Shown: in pieces, positions 33,486-44,066 of the stretch | How the letters are laid out: every line of letters begins with the position of its first letter | Numbering within the stretch: position 1 is the stretch's first letter | Source: an uncultured Christensenellaceae bacterium | GTDB taxonomy: Bacteria; Bacillota; Clostridia; Christensenellales; Borkfalkiaceae | Length of the DNA: 64,000 bases | Direction of reading: 5' to 3' | Assembly (NCBI GenBank): GCA_910587825.1 | Contig: CAJUNJ010000006.1 | Span: 34,732-98,731 of the forward strand | Program-made: the position numbers and the translations under genes | The notes under the pieces: generated by a model | What the model was told of the DNA's origin: nothing | Database searches by the model: none | What the model saw: only the letters and a program-made list of their open reading frames with translations

Positions 33486-36400
33486 ATGAGCAACACAGTG
33501 AAGAAGTATCTGGTAATAATACTTGCACTTTTATGCATGGCGTGCCTTACGGCTGTCGCTTGTAAAAGCGCGATGTATACTATAAATTTCGAGACAGTGG
33601 CAGGGGTTACGATAGACAGTGAAGTCCAATCCGGCTATGAAGTAAAAAAGGGTTACCGCGTGACCTTTAAACTTGTGCTTGCGGACGGCGCCACGGGTGA
33701 AGCCGTAGTTACGGCGAACGACGAAACGCTTACCGCAAATTCAAACGGACAGTATTCTTTCGTTATGAAAGCGGATACAACCGTCAGGGTAACGGGCATT
33801 ATCGCTCCCGACGAATACGACGTTACTTTCGGGGTCGGCGTAGAAGTGGAAGATGATGACGGCAATACTTCCATAGCGTTAGTCCGTTCCGAATTCGTAC
33901 TGTTTTTCGACCCCGACGGCAACGCGCTTTCCGAAATTAAAATGAGAGCGGGCGAAGTAATAAAATTCAGGGTAAAGTTAAGCGTTTACTATGACGGACT
34001 TGCTTACCGCGTAGCGGCAGGTAACTCTATACTTTCCGCGGACGCCGACGGTTATTACACATACACGATTACCGGCGCTGTTGCTATTTCGGTAAGAGAT
34101 TTGCCCGAAACTTTCGATAATACCTTCCTTTCGAGAGAAGACGGCGGAAAAGGGACGGCGGACGACCCGTTCAAAATCAAAACGCCGCTCGACCTTTACG
34201 CTATGGCGGACGTAATTTCTAATACGATGAATACTTCGGACACTTACCGTACGGCGTATTACAGCCTTGAAAACGATATCGACTTGCGCGGTGAAAAACT
34301 TTACATTATCGGCGATGCAACGTGGGAAGGTTCGATTTTTGCAGGTGTGTTCGACGGAAACAACCATACAATTAAAAACTTCTATATGACTGATACGCTT
34401 ATCGAACAGTCTGATTTCCAGCAGGTACACCTTCCGTACATCGGACTTTTCGGACTTGCGCAGGCTTCTTCGGCGCGTAATGCGGGAATATACAATCTCA
34501 ATTTAAAAGATTATACCATAAACGTAAACGCCGCGCAGGGCGGAGCGACTGCGTTTGTCGGTTCGATAGTCGGTTACGGCATAGGCGTGGATATTTCAAA
34601 CTGTTCTGCGGAAGGAAAGATAGTAATCGACGGGCACTATAACGCATTTACGTATGCGGGCGGATTAATAGGTTTCCAGCAGTCTGCTTATACAAGCGAT
34701 AATGTCAGGTATTATTCCGTTGTGCAGTCCTGTTCTTCGGGTGTGGATATTACCGTTATGCAGGGTAACGTAATAGCCGCAGGCGGAATTACGGGAAATC
34801 TGAATACTTATGAAGAAAATACGACGGCGGCAATTTTTAACTGCTATTCGACCGGCGACATCGAAGGCGCGATACGCGCAGGCGGAATAGTCGGTTGGGT
34901 TACTGCAAACGGCTCGGTGGAAAATTGCTATGCGACGGGTTACGTAGGCGCGTCAAGCAACATATTGCTTATGGACAATGCTGAAGGTTATGCGTATGCG
35001 TATGCGGGCGGTATTGCCGGATATGTCGAATACGGCGCTATAATTTCCGACTGCTTCTTCAAAGGCGACTGTCGCGCTTCGGCGGTCGAAGGCGCGAACT
35101 ATCAGTTCAGCGACGGTATTGCGGCGCATACCGAGCCTGCCGGAACGGCTTTTATACACACCAACGGCACGCTTATAAGAAATTGTTATTCTCCCGAAGA
35201 CCATAAGGTTATAGACGACGCATTTATTAAGACTGCGCTCGGCTGGGAAGATGCCGACTGGAAGTTCAACGGCGACGGAACGCCCGACATTAACCGTGAA
35301 GAAGCGCAAAAAACGTATGATATAACGGTTATGATAGGAAATACCGAAGTCACTAAGCTTACGGTTGAAAATATGTACGTGCCTATGACTTACTGGTATG
35401 CCTTGGCTTTGACAAGCGAAGACGGAGAAGGTTTAAACGAATTTATCGGAAGCGGTAAAAACCGCACTTACGGATATTATTTCGATGCGGAACTTACCCA
35501 AAGGGTGCCCAACGGCTTTATTCCTACGAGGGCTGTAACGCTTTACGCGGCTTACGCCGACTATACGGAAGTTACCGGCGATTACTATATAGAAGGAACG
35601 GACGGTTCGTACTTTACGCTTGATGAAAACGGTTATTTAAGCTACCGCGACGGTGCGCGTAACAGTATATCCACTTATATTTACGACGGCGACAAACTGA
35701 CGCTTTTCAATACTTTCTTTGCGATATTGGCAGACCCCGAAAACGGCTTCCGCACTTTCTTTGCGGAATTGGAAAACGGAACGATTAAGATTTACGACAA
35801 CGATGTTTATACGGAGAGTTCTCCGCTTACGGCAAACGCGCCGGTCGTAAACTTTAAATACGGTTCGTATTTCGATGCCGACGGCAACGAATATCTCTTT
35901 AACAGAAACGGGACGGGTACGGTTACCCGCGGAACAAACACGGTAGCGTTTACTTTCAAAGTAAACGAAAGTACGCTTGAAATAACCGAAAACAACGCCA
36001 ATGTTACAGGCAGTGTGGACGCCGACGGCGTTGTTACCGTATACGGTACGGCAACGCTTACCCGCAACGACGTGTTCTACGGCGTATGGGAAAGCTCGTC
36101 TTTGCCTACAAAGAGCTTTAAGTTCAATAACGACGGCACCTGGAATTACGAATATTACGGATACAATTCAAACGGGTTGAAAGAGGTGATAGGCGCAACC
36201 CAAAGCGGAACCTACACCGTTGACGGCAACACGGCAAATTTAAGTAGTGGTGTGACGGCAACGTTCCTGGACGGACATATAGTCATAGACGGCGAACATT
36301 ACTATGCGGAAAACAGCTTTGTTGGAAGTTGGATATACGTTGCTTCCGCGCCCGTTATTATAACTTTTAACGGTATAACGGCAGACGGCTACGGCACGGC

Positions 36401-36878
36401 TACGGTAGATTACGGTTCGCACGGCGGTAAGATAACAGACATAACTTATCAGGCAGTCGTCAGAAACGGAAGGATAGATATAGAAATGTACCGCTTCTAT
36501 GAAGATTTCGGTTTGTTTTCGTTTAACGCTTCCGATAAAACTCTTTCCGGCGAACTGCTTATACTTGACAGCAATTCGGTCAATGAAAACGTAAGGCTCT
36601 GCAAATACGACAAGCTTAACGGAAGCTGGAATTTCGAAGGCAGCACGTTAAACTTCAACGGGCTCGGATATTACGATATAAGCAAAGTAGTTCGCGGAAC
36701 CATTTACGACGGGGCGAGATTGGTAGGAACTTATTATCTTACCGACGCGACGTTCGTCGGAACTATGACCTATAACAGTGTGGAATACACCATAACTTAT
36801 AACGAAGAAAACGATACGGTGACTGCGGTTCCCGTAAACGGCGGAGATACGGTTACTCTTACAAGACCTGCCGAATAA
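33486..36878 (+). CDS. large secreted lipoprotein with GLUG-motif repeats
   Basis: The signal + lipobox is LALLCMACLTAVAC. The central region has repeated GG(L/I)(I/V/T/A)G-type GLUG units (YAGGLIGF, AAGGITGN, RAGGIVGW, YAGGIAGY) flanked by N(C)Y/S patterns. Confidence 0.7.
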   Translation: MSNTVKKYLVIILALLCMACLTAVACKSAMYTINFETVAGVTIDSEVQSGYEVKKGYRVTFKLVLADGATGEAVVTANDETLTANSNGQYSFVMKADTTVRVTGIIAPDEYDVTFGVGVEVEDDDGNTSIALVRSEFVLFFDPDGNALSEIKMRAGEVIKFRVKLSVYYDGLAYRVAAGNSILSADADGYYTYTITGAVAISVRDLPETFDNTFLSREDGGKGTADDPFKIKTPLDLYAMADVISNTMNTSDTYRTAYYSLENDIDLRGEKLYIIGDATWEGSIFAGVFDGNNHTIKNFYMTDTLIEQSDFQQVHLPYIGLFGLAQASSARNAGIYNLNLKDYTINVNAAQGGATAFVGSIVGYGIGVDISNCSAEGKIVIDGHYNAFTYAGGLIGFQQSAYTSDNVRYYSVVQSCSSGVDITVMQGNVIAAGGITGNLNTYEENTTAAIFNCYSTGDIEGAIRAGGIVGWVTANGSVENCYATGYVGASSNILLMDNAEGYAYAYAGGIAGYVEYGAIISDCFFKGDCRASAVEGANYQFSDGIAAHTEPAGTAFIHTNGTLIRNCYSPEDHKVIDDAFIKTALGWEDADWKFNGDGTPDINREEAQKTYDITVMIGNTEVTKLTVENMYVPMTYWYALALTSEDGEGLNEFIGSGKNRTYGYYFDAELTQRVPNGFIPTRAVTLYAAYADYTEVTGDYYIEGTDGSYFTLDENGYLSYRDGARNSISTYIYDGDKLTLFNTFFAILADPENGFRTFFAELENGTIKIYDNDVYTESSPLTANAPVVNFKYGSYFDADGNEYLFNRNGTGTVTRGTNTVAFTFKVNESTLEITENNANVTGSVDADGVVTVYGTATLTRNDVFYGVWESSSLPTKSFKFNNDGTWNYEYYGYNSNGLKEVIGATQSGTYTVDGNTANLSSGVTATFLDGHIVIDGEHYYAENSFVGSWIYVASAPVIITFNGITADGYGTATVDYGSHGGKITDITYQAVVRNGRIDIEMYRFYEDFGLFSFNASDKTLSGELLILDSNSVNENVRLCKYDKLNGSWNFEGSTLNFNGLGYYDISKVVRGTIYDGARLVGTYYLTDATFVGTMTYNSVEYTITYNEENDTVTAVPVNGGDTVTLTRPAE

Positions 36879-36965
36879 CGACTTTAAATGCGAAAGGGCA
36901 ATACCGTTGCCCTTTCAAGGCGTTTTAATAATCGGGTCGGTATTCATCAAATTACGGAGGCATTT

Positions 36966-39900
36966 ATGACTAAAAAAATTAAAAGGGCGTCGTGCCTGTG
37001 CCTTACTGCCGTTATGGGCATATCGCTTGCGGCAAGCGGCGCGTTTGCGTTCGCGGACGGTAAAAACGGAAAAACGGCTGGGACGCGTTACGAATCTGTT
37101 GCGTTTGAAGACGTAACGGGCAAAGTTGATTTAAGCGGCGTAGCAATGCAGAATTTTTCGTCGCAGGTAATAGAAAACGCAGGGTTAAAAGTTAAAAACG
37201 AGACTAAGACCGTAATAGTGCGGCTTGAAGGCGACAGCATTATCGAATCGGTTCCCGAAGATACGGAAGTCGGCGATTATCTTAATACCTACACGGGCGG
37301 AAGGGCTTTAAAAAAGATTGAACGCGAACAGACGAACTTTCTCAATTCGCTTTCTTCGCTTGGAGTGAAGTACGAAGTCGTTTATCATTACACGAACGTT
37401 ATAAATGCCGTTGCCATTAAGGTCAACACGCAGTATCTTACAAAAATAAAGAAACTTGACAACGTAAAGTATACTTCGGTGTCACAGACGTTCGCTTATC
37501 CCGAGGCCGTCGAAAGTTCGTCTTCCGACACTTCCGGCATAACTACCAACCCCAGCAACGTATACGAGACGGGTATTTACGATTCGTCCAAATGGGTCGG
37601 CGAAGGATACGACGGAAGCGGTATGACGGTCGCCGTTCTGGATACGGGACTCGATTACACTCACACGGCATTCCAGAATATGCCTGAAACGGTAGCATTT
37701 ACCAAAGATTATATAAAGAATATAGACGCAAGCAAGCTTGCGGCGACGCAGCTTTCCGCAGTTAACGGCGTAAGCCTTTCGGGCGAAGACGTTTATGTCA
37801 ACGCAAAAGTGCCGTTTGCATACGACTATGCCGACGGCGACAACGACGTATATCCCTCTTATTCGCAGCACGGCGTCCACGTCGCGGGTATAGTGGCGGG
37901 CGAAGCCGACAGATACACCAACAGCGAAGGCGAATGGGTTATGAACGGTAACGAATATATTCCGTTCAGAGGCGTTGCTCCCAAAGCCCAGCTTGTAATA
38001 TGTAAGGTGTTTACAGACGATTTTGAAAGCAAAGACCTCGGCGGCGCTACTTCGGAATCGATTATCGCTGCGCTCGAAGATTGCGTTACGCTCGGCGTAG
38101 ACGTAATAAATATGAGCCTCGGCACTTCCGCGGGATTCGGTACGGTTGCGATTGAGGGCGACGACGAAGGCGCGGCTTTGAACGAAGTTTACGGCAGCGT
38201 ACGGAATAAGGGCATCAACCTTATATGCGCGGCAAGTAACGATTTCAGCTCCGGTTCGGGCAGTGCGTTCGGTACCAACCTTGCATCTAACCCCGACTCC
38301 GGTACGGTAGGCTCTCCGTCAACGTTTACGGGCGCGGTATCGGTTGCAAGTATAAACGGACAGCAAGCGCCTTATATGCTTGCAAACGGTAAATCGATAA
38401 TTTATTATCAGGATTCAAGCGACGCAAACGGCGTCAGAAACAATTTTATAGAACAGATGCTTGGAAGCGCGAACAGTAAAACTTTCAGATATATTGCGCT
38501 TAACGGCACGGGGCAGGCGGGAAATTACACTCCCGAAATCAAAGAAAAATTAAAAAACAAACAGCCCGACGAAAAGATAATAGTAGTAGTAAGGCGCGGC
38601 GGCAATACATTCCAGAACAAGATAACCATTGCCGAGGAAATGGGCGCGGACGCAATTATAGTACGCAACAACGTTGCCGGACAGATAGGAATGTCTTTGG
38701 GCGACCTTGAAGACCCCATCCCCGCAGTGTCGGTCACGATGGACGCGGGCGAACTTCTCTGTTACGACGAGAACGGCAAATGGATTTCCGAAGGAGAAAT
38801 CGAACTTAACAAGTCCTATCTTGCGGGACCTTTTATGAACGATTACTCGTCCTGGGGAACCACGCCCGATTTACAGATTAAGCCCGAAATAACCTCGCAC
38901 GGCGGTGAAATAACTTCTGCGGTGTCGGGTGTGGACGCATATACCGAAATGAGCGGAACTTCAATGGCTTCGCCCAACCTTGCGGGCTTTGTCGCACTGT
39001 TAAGGGGAAAAATTCACAGGGAGCATCCCGAATGGACTGCGCAGGCGTTGACAGCGCGCGTCAACCAGATTTTGCTTAGTACGGCGGTCACGGTGTTCGA
39101 CCAGGACGGTAAACCTTACTCGCCCAGAAAACAGGGCGCAGGGCTTGCGACTCTCGACCACGTGTTTACAACTTCAGCGTTCCTTTACACGGGCGAAGGC
39201 GCAAACAAGGAAGTCGACGGCAGACCCAAATACGAACTCGGCGACGACGCGGCAAAGAAGGGTGTTTACAACATTACTTTCTACGTCGCAAACAGCGGGG
39301 ATACGCCTTTAAGGTTTAAACCCGACACGCTGTTTATGACCGAAAGTCTTTCTTCGGACGGGCTTGCGGTTGCCGAAAAGGCGCATATGCTTACGGACGT
39401 CAAACCCGTATGGAAGGTCAACGGAACGACGCTTGCCGACGACGGCGAAATAGAAGTGCCTTCGGGTGCGGGCGTGGACGCCAACGGCGCAAACACAAGC
39501 GATTTTAAAATAGAAGTTACGCTTACCCTTTCCGATGCGGAAAAGAATTATATAGATAAAAGCTTTGTAAACGGAATGTTCGTAGAAGGGTTTTTAAGAC
39601 TTCTTAGTACCGACGAAAAGCAGTGCGGACTGACGTTGCCCTTTATGGGCTTCTACGGCGACTGGACAGCCGCGCCTATGCTCGATTACAGCGTATTCGA
39701 GGTTGCCGAATTCGAGAAAGACCCCAACTATACGGACGAAACCCGCCCCAGCGAACAGATATGGGCGACACAGGCTTACGCAACTTACAATAACGACCGT
39801 TACAGCGTGCCTATGGGAAGCTATGCGTACGTGCAGAACGAAAATGCGGACCAGATATATGCGGAAGAAGAACATTCTGCGATTTCCTGCTTCGACATAT

Positions 39901-42900
39901 TTAACGCGGCATACGGTCAGGAATCTTACACCAACTACGTCACGGCAAACGGCATAAGGGCTTTGTATGCGGGTCTTCTGAGAAACGCAGAATTAGTCAC
40001 TTACGACCTTTACGACGATATAACCGGCGAACTCATATTGCAGGACAGAGATTACAGGCTCGGAAAAGCGCACGCTTCGGGCGGCAACACCGTTCCTGCC
40101 AATGTAGAACTCGATCTTTATCCGTCGGATTTAGGGCTTGTCAACAACGGCAAATACAGACTTAATTTCCATTTCTACTTTAAAGCCGAAGATGAAAAAA
40201 ATCCCGCAAAGCAGACCGACGACAATACTTTCTCGATGACTTTCTACGTCGACTATGAAGCTCCCATTCTCGCGGACAGCCGTATAAGGTATTACGATTA
40301 TAAGGATAACAACCGCGACAAGCAGAGGGTTTACCTCGACCTTGACATTTACGACAACCACTATCCGCAGGCGGTAATTCTGTGTTATACGGACAGGGAA
40401 GGCAACACCGATAACTTAAAGCTTGCCACCGATTATATTACGCCTGTATACAACCCCAACAAAAACGACATCAACACCGTATCTATAGAAATTACCGAAT
40501 TTTATAACGAATACCGCGGTAAACTTTACGTCCAGATTGACGACTATGCGCTCAACCACAGCGTATACAGCATAAACTTCGTCGAATCGCAGAGAAATCC
40601 CCTGCCCGACGACTTTACGGTAGACGGCGACACCGAAATAACGATTGGCGTTAATGAAACTTACAAAGTCGCGCTAAACTACGAAGGGGAGGCAAACCTT
40701 TCCAACTTCACCTGGCGTTCTTCAAGCGAACGTTACGTGCGCGTCAATAACGGCGAAATATTCGGCGTAAGTCCGGGAACGGCATATGTCACCGTTACTT
40801 CGAAGCGCGGTTCGCAAAGAATTACCGTACACGTAGTCGAAAGCTCTTCTACGATAACGTCGTTGCCGAGTCTTTCGTTCGGGTCGATAGTAAACTCTAC
40901 CGACGGACTTCAACAGGCGACCGGCACCGTAAACGTCAATGCGGGGCAGAATTTCAGACTTACGGTCCAAGCCGACCCGTGGTATTTCCCCATTGAAACT
41001 TTGAAGTTTAATTGGAGTTCTTCCGACGAAAATATAGCGACTGTCGACCAGAACGGCAACGTTCGTACCCTTGACAAAAAGGGAATGGTAAATATAAGGG
41101 CGGTCATAGACGGCAAAAATTACGGACCTGTCGTGACGCTTAACGTTCAGGATCCGTTCACTGTCAAAGGAGGCACGCTGACCGATTACCACGGCACGGG
41201 CGGAACGGTCTATCTGCCCGACGACGAAAATATAACGTCTATCGGTACGCAGGCTTTCAGGGACAACGACAATATAAGGGTGTTGGTAATTTCCAAGACG
41301 GTTACGCAGATTTCCGAACGCGCTTTCGAAAACTGTACCGCGCTTGAAGAAATTTATTTCATACAGCAGACGCCTTTGGCAATTCCCAACGCAAATCTTT
41401 CGCTTATTCTGCGCGACGCATTTATAGGCTGTACCAAACTGAGAAAGGTTGACCTTTCCAATACCAAGACGATAACGCTTGACGCGCGCGTGTTCAGAGG
41501 CTGTACTTCGCTTGAAGAAGTTGTGGCAATGAACCATATAGGCACGATGAACGCAATGGCGTTTGCGGGTTGCACTTCGCTTAAAGAAGCCGATATAACG
41601 GGTCTGCACAACTCCGGCAGGGAAATTTTTGCGGGCTGTACGGCTCTCGAAACAGTCAAAACCGCATATTACACGTCGCTCGGTCAGGGAATATTCAGGG
41701 GTTGCACCGCACTTGAAAGCGTAATTATAAACACTCCGACCGTAATGGCGGAAGCGTTCAGCGGATGCGGCAATCTCAAAACCGTAGAATTCGGCGGGGC
41801 AGGCGCGGAAGCAAGACTTACTTCTTTCAATATAGGTACAAGGGCGTTTGCTGAATGTATCAACTTAATATCGGTTGACTTCAACGGCAAAAACGTAGGC
41901 AACATAGGCGATTATGCGTTTACAGGCTGTTCCCGCCTTGCGCAGATAAGTCTGCCCGAGGGTGTGAATTTAGGCATCGGCGTATTCGAAGGCACGCAGG
42001 TTAACGATTACGCGGACGACGTCTTCGGCGGAGCTATTTATAAGGGAACGACGCTTATGTCGGCGCCCGCAAGCATACCGGCTGACTTTAAAATAAGAGA
42101 GGGTACTACCGAAATTGCCGACTACGCGTTTATGAACAGCAGGTTTGCAAGCGGATACACTCTTGAAATACCCGCAACGGTGACCCGCATAGGCACAGGC
42201 GCATTTATGCGCAGTAACTTGCAGGCGGTTACTCTGCCCGAAGGTTTGGCTTCAATACCGGCTTACGCTTTCTCAGGGACTTCTCTCGGTAGTATAACCG
42301 TTCCCGCAAGCGTAACTTCAATCGGCGCATACGCGTTCTCTTACGGCTCAAGACTTAACGGCGTAAGCTTTGCGCAGAGGCAGACCGCGCTCGAACTCGG
42401 CGAAGGCGCGTTTACGGGCTGTACTTCGCTTGAAGAAATTGCGCTTCCCGCACTGGTTGCTTCCGACGGAAAAGTCGTGCTTGCTTACAGCGCGTTTGCG
42501 GGCTGCTACGCACTTACTTCCGTAGACCTTTCCAACGTAACCGAAATAGGCGCAGGCGCGTTTGCGGGTTGCCGTTCCATTGCCGAAATCGACCTTAAAA
42601 ACGTAACGGTTATAGGCTACGGCGCGTTCGGCGGAATTGTCTCGGGCGAATCCACGGTCAACTGTTCGTCGCTCAGCTCCGTAACAGGACTTGAAAAAGT
42701 CACGCATATAGGCGAGGCGGCGTTCAACGGCGCACCGCTTGAAAATATAAACATTTCTTCCGCAACCGAAATAGGCGCGACGGCGTTCTACGGTTCGGCG
42801 GTAAGTTCGGTGACAATCGGCGCAAACCTTAAAACACTCGGCGGCGGGGCGTTTGCAAACAGCGCAAACCTTACCGCGTTTACGGTTAATGCAAACAACG

Positions 42901-44066
42901 CAAACTTCTTCGCGGAAGACGGCGTGCTGTACCGTATAATAAGCGGAACAAAGGAAAACGGAACTTACGAACTTTGCGCTTATCCTACGGCAAAGCGCGC
43001 GGCAGGTTCGGGAAAGGTTTACAACGTGAAGGACGGCGCCGTCACGGTATCGGCGTACGCTATGGCGTTCCTTGCAAAAGATACGGTAAGCGAAGTTGTT
43101 CTTCCTTACAGCGTAAAGACTTTGGGTAACGCCGCATTCTATTCAAGCGGAATAACTTCCTACGTGTTCAACAGCATACAGGCTCCCGTACTTCTTACAG
43201 AGACGTACGACGTGTCCGAATATATTTCAAGCTACCGCTTCGGCTATGCATTGAACTTCGAAGACGGTTTCGTAACGCACATTCCCATTACCGGCAATGC
43301 GGTAGAAAGTCAGCTTAAAATAAGCTATCCCGAAAACGGAAGCGGTTACGACAACTACGTTTACGAAAATTACTTCGGTCAGAAAGTTACGCTCGGCGAA
43401 CTTATGGACGACAGAACGCGTTCGTTAAAAGCCCAAATCGAAGGCTTTGAATCCGCGCAGACGGTTGCTGGCTGGAATTCGCTTGAAGTCAACGAACAAA
43501 ACACTGCAATGGTCGCGGCGTTCTCCGACAGGGTAAAAGCCGCGCACGCGGAGTACAACAATATTACAAGCCAGACACAGCTTGACTATCTCGGTTCGCA
43601 AAACATTCAGAAGCTTTTCGATATCGAAAGCGCATTGAAGTCGGTTAAGGCAAGATTCGGAATTGCGCTTACGGTAAGCTCTTTAAGGGTAAGCCCCGAC
43701 AGTACGCACAAGACCGAATACAAGGTTGGCGACAAGTTTGACCCCACCGGTCTTAAAATTATAGTAACTTACGACGACTATTCCACAGAAGAAGCCGATA
43801 TAAGCAAAGTAACCTTTGACAACATCGATGAAGAACTTACCGTTCTCAACCGTTACGTAAGGGCGAGATACGCCGGCAGAATGGTTCAGATTGCAATTAC
43901 GGTAACAGAAGACGGCGGAGAGGAAAAGCCGGAACCTCCCAAGAAGGGTTGCGGTTCTTATGCGGAAAACGCGGTTATATGCGCGGTTGCATTAGGCGTT
44001 ACGCTTTGCGCGTATGCGACTGTTGCGGTCGTAAAAAAATTATCCCGTAAAGAGGAAGATAAATGA
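36966..44066 (+). CDS. cell-envelope S8 (subtilisin/lactocepin-like) serine proteinase with PA insert, Big_2 domains, ~700-aa BspA-type leucine-rich-repeat region, Big_3-like domain and C-terminal TM anchor
   Basis: The ATG at 36966 sits behind GGAGG and gives a signal peptide (MTKKIKRASCLCLTAVMGISLAASGAFAFA). The catalytic triad contexts are AVLDTGLD, HGVHVAGIVAG and SGTSMASPNLAGF. The PA domain is VVVRRGGNTFQNKITIAEEMGADAIIVRNN. There are dozens of F.GCTSLE.(I/V) LRR units. YKVGDKFDPTGLKIIVTYDDYSTEE is Big_3-like. The terminal TM is AVICAVALGVTLCAYATVAVV. Confidence 0.85.
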   Translation: MTKKIKRASCLCLTAVMGISLAASGAFAFADGKNGKTAGTRYESVAFEDVTGKVDLSGVAMQNFSSQVIENAGLKVKNETKTVIVRLEGDSIIESVPEDTEVGDYLNTYTGGRALKKIEREQTNFLNSLSSLGVKYEVVYHYTNVINAVAIKVNTQYLTKIKKLDNVKYTSVSQTFAYPEAVESSSSDTSGITTNPSNVYETGIYDSSKWVGEGYDGSGMTVAVLDTGLDYTHTAFQNMPETVAFTKDYIKNIDASKLAATQLSAVNGVSLSGEDVYVNAKVPFAYDYADGDNDVYPSYSQHGVHVAGIVAGEADRYTNSEGEWVMNGNEYIPFRGVAPKAQLVICKVFTDDFESKDLGGATSESIIAALEDCVTLGVDVINMSLGTSAGFGTVAIEGDDEGAALNEVYGSVRNKGINLICAASNDFSSGSGSAFGTNLASNPDSGTVGSPSTFTGAVSVASINGQQAPYMLANGKSIIYYQDSSDANGVRNNFIEQMLGSANSKTFRYIALNGTGQAGNYTPEIKEKLKNKQPDEKIIVVVRRGGNTFQNKITIAEEMGADAIIVRNNVAGQIGMSLGDLEDPIPAVSVTMDAGELLCYDENGKWISEGEIELNKSYLAGPFMNDYSSWGTTPDLQIKPEITSHGGEITSAVSGVDAYTEMSGTSMASPNLAGFVALLRGKIHREHPEWTAQALTARVNQILLSTAVTVFDQDGKPYSPRKQGAGLATLDHVFTTSAFLYTGEGANKEVDGRPKYELGDDAAKKGVYNITFYVANSGDTPLRFKPDTLFMTESLSSDGLAVAEKAHMLTDVKPVWKVNGTTLADDGEIEVPSGAGVDANGANTSDFKIEVTLTLSDAEKNYIDKSFVNGMFVEGFLRLLSTDEKQCGLTLPFMGFYGDWTAAPMLDYSVFEVAEFEKDPNYTDETRPSEQIWATQAYATYNNDRYSVPMGSYAYVQNENADQIYAEEEHSAISCFDIFNAAYGQESYTNYVTANGIRALYAGLLRNAELVTYDLYDDITGELILQDRDYRLGKAHASGGNTVPANVELDLYPSDLGLVNNGKYRLNFHFYFKAEDEKNPAKQTDDNTFSMTFYVDYEAPILADSRIRYYDYKDNNRDKQRVYLDLDIYDNHYPQAVILCYTDREGNTDNLKLATDYITPVYNPNKNDINTVSIEITEFYNEYRGKLYVQIDDYALNHSVYSINFVESQRNPLPDDFTVDGDTEITIGVNETYKVALNYEGEANLSNFTWRSSSERYVRVNNGEIFGVSPGTAYVTVTSKRGSQRITVHVVESSSTITSLPSLSFGSIVNSTDGLQQATGTVNVNAGQNFRLTVQADPWYFPIETLKFNWSSSDENIATVDQNGNVRTLDKKGMVNIRAVIDGKNYGPVVTLNVQDPFTVKGGTLTDYHGTGGTVYLPDDENITSIGTQAFRDNDNIRVLVISKTVTQISERAFENCTALEEIYFIQQTPLAIPNANLSLILRDAFIGCTKLRKVDLSNTKTITLDARVFRGCTSLEEVVAMNHIGTMNAMAFAGCTSLKEADITGLHNSGREIFAGCTALETVKTAYYTSLGQGIFRGCTALESVIINTPTVMAEAFSGCGNLKTVEFGGAGAEARLTSFNIGTRAFAECINLISVDFNGKNVGNIGDYAFTGCSRLAQISLPEGVNLGIGVFEGTQVNDYADDVFGGAIYKGTTLMSAPASIPADFKIREGTTEIADYAFMNSRFASGYTLEIPATVTRIGTGAFMRSNLQAVTLPEGLASIPAYAFSGTSLGSITVPASVTSIGAYAFSYGSRLNGVSFAQRQTALELGEGAFTGCTSLEEIALPALVASDGKVVLAYSAFAGCYALTSVDLSNVTEIGAGAFAGCRSIAEIDLKNVTVIGYGAFGGIVSGESTVNCSSLSSVTGLEKVTHIGEAAFNGAPLENINISSATEIGATAFYGSAVSSVTIGANLKTLGGGAFANSANLTAFTVNANNANFFAEDGVLYRIISGTKENGTYELCAYPTAKRAAGSGKVYNVKDGAVTVSAYAMAFLAKDTVSEVVLPYSVKTLGNAAFYSSGITSYVFNSIQAPVLLTETYDVSEYISSYRFGYALNFEDGFVTHIPITGNAVESQLKISYPENGSGYDNYVYENYFGQKVTLGELMDDRTRSLKAQIEGFESAQTVAGWNSLEVNEQNTAMVAAFSDRVKAAHAEYNNITSQTQLDYLGSQNIQKLFDIESALKSVKARFGIALTVSSLRVSPDSTHKTEYKVGDKFDPTGLKIIVTYDDYSTEEADISKVTFDNIDEELTVLNRYVRARYAGRMVQIAITVTEDGGEEKPEPPKKGCGSYAENAVICAVALGVTLCAYATVAVVKKLSRKEEDK

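Noticed and set aside
36888-36965. Start of the proteinase ORF at 36888.
   Set aside because: There is no RBS, and the first 26 residues precede the obvious signal peptide. The ATG at 36966 behind GGAGG gives a canonical signal sequence.
40722-41609. Long antisense ORFs inside large genes (40722-41609, 60203-61300, 62301-63074, 63179-63940, 451-942, 8890-9423, 55447-56058 and similar).
   Set aside because: All lie opposite strongly supported genes (proteinase, thioredoxin lipoprotein, dnaK, rhs, surface protein). They have Arg/Val/Phe-rich shadow-frame composition and lack RBSs.
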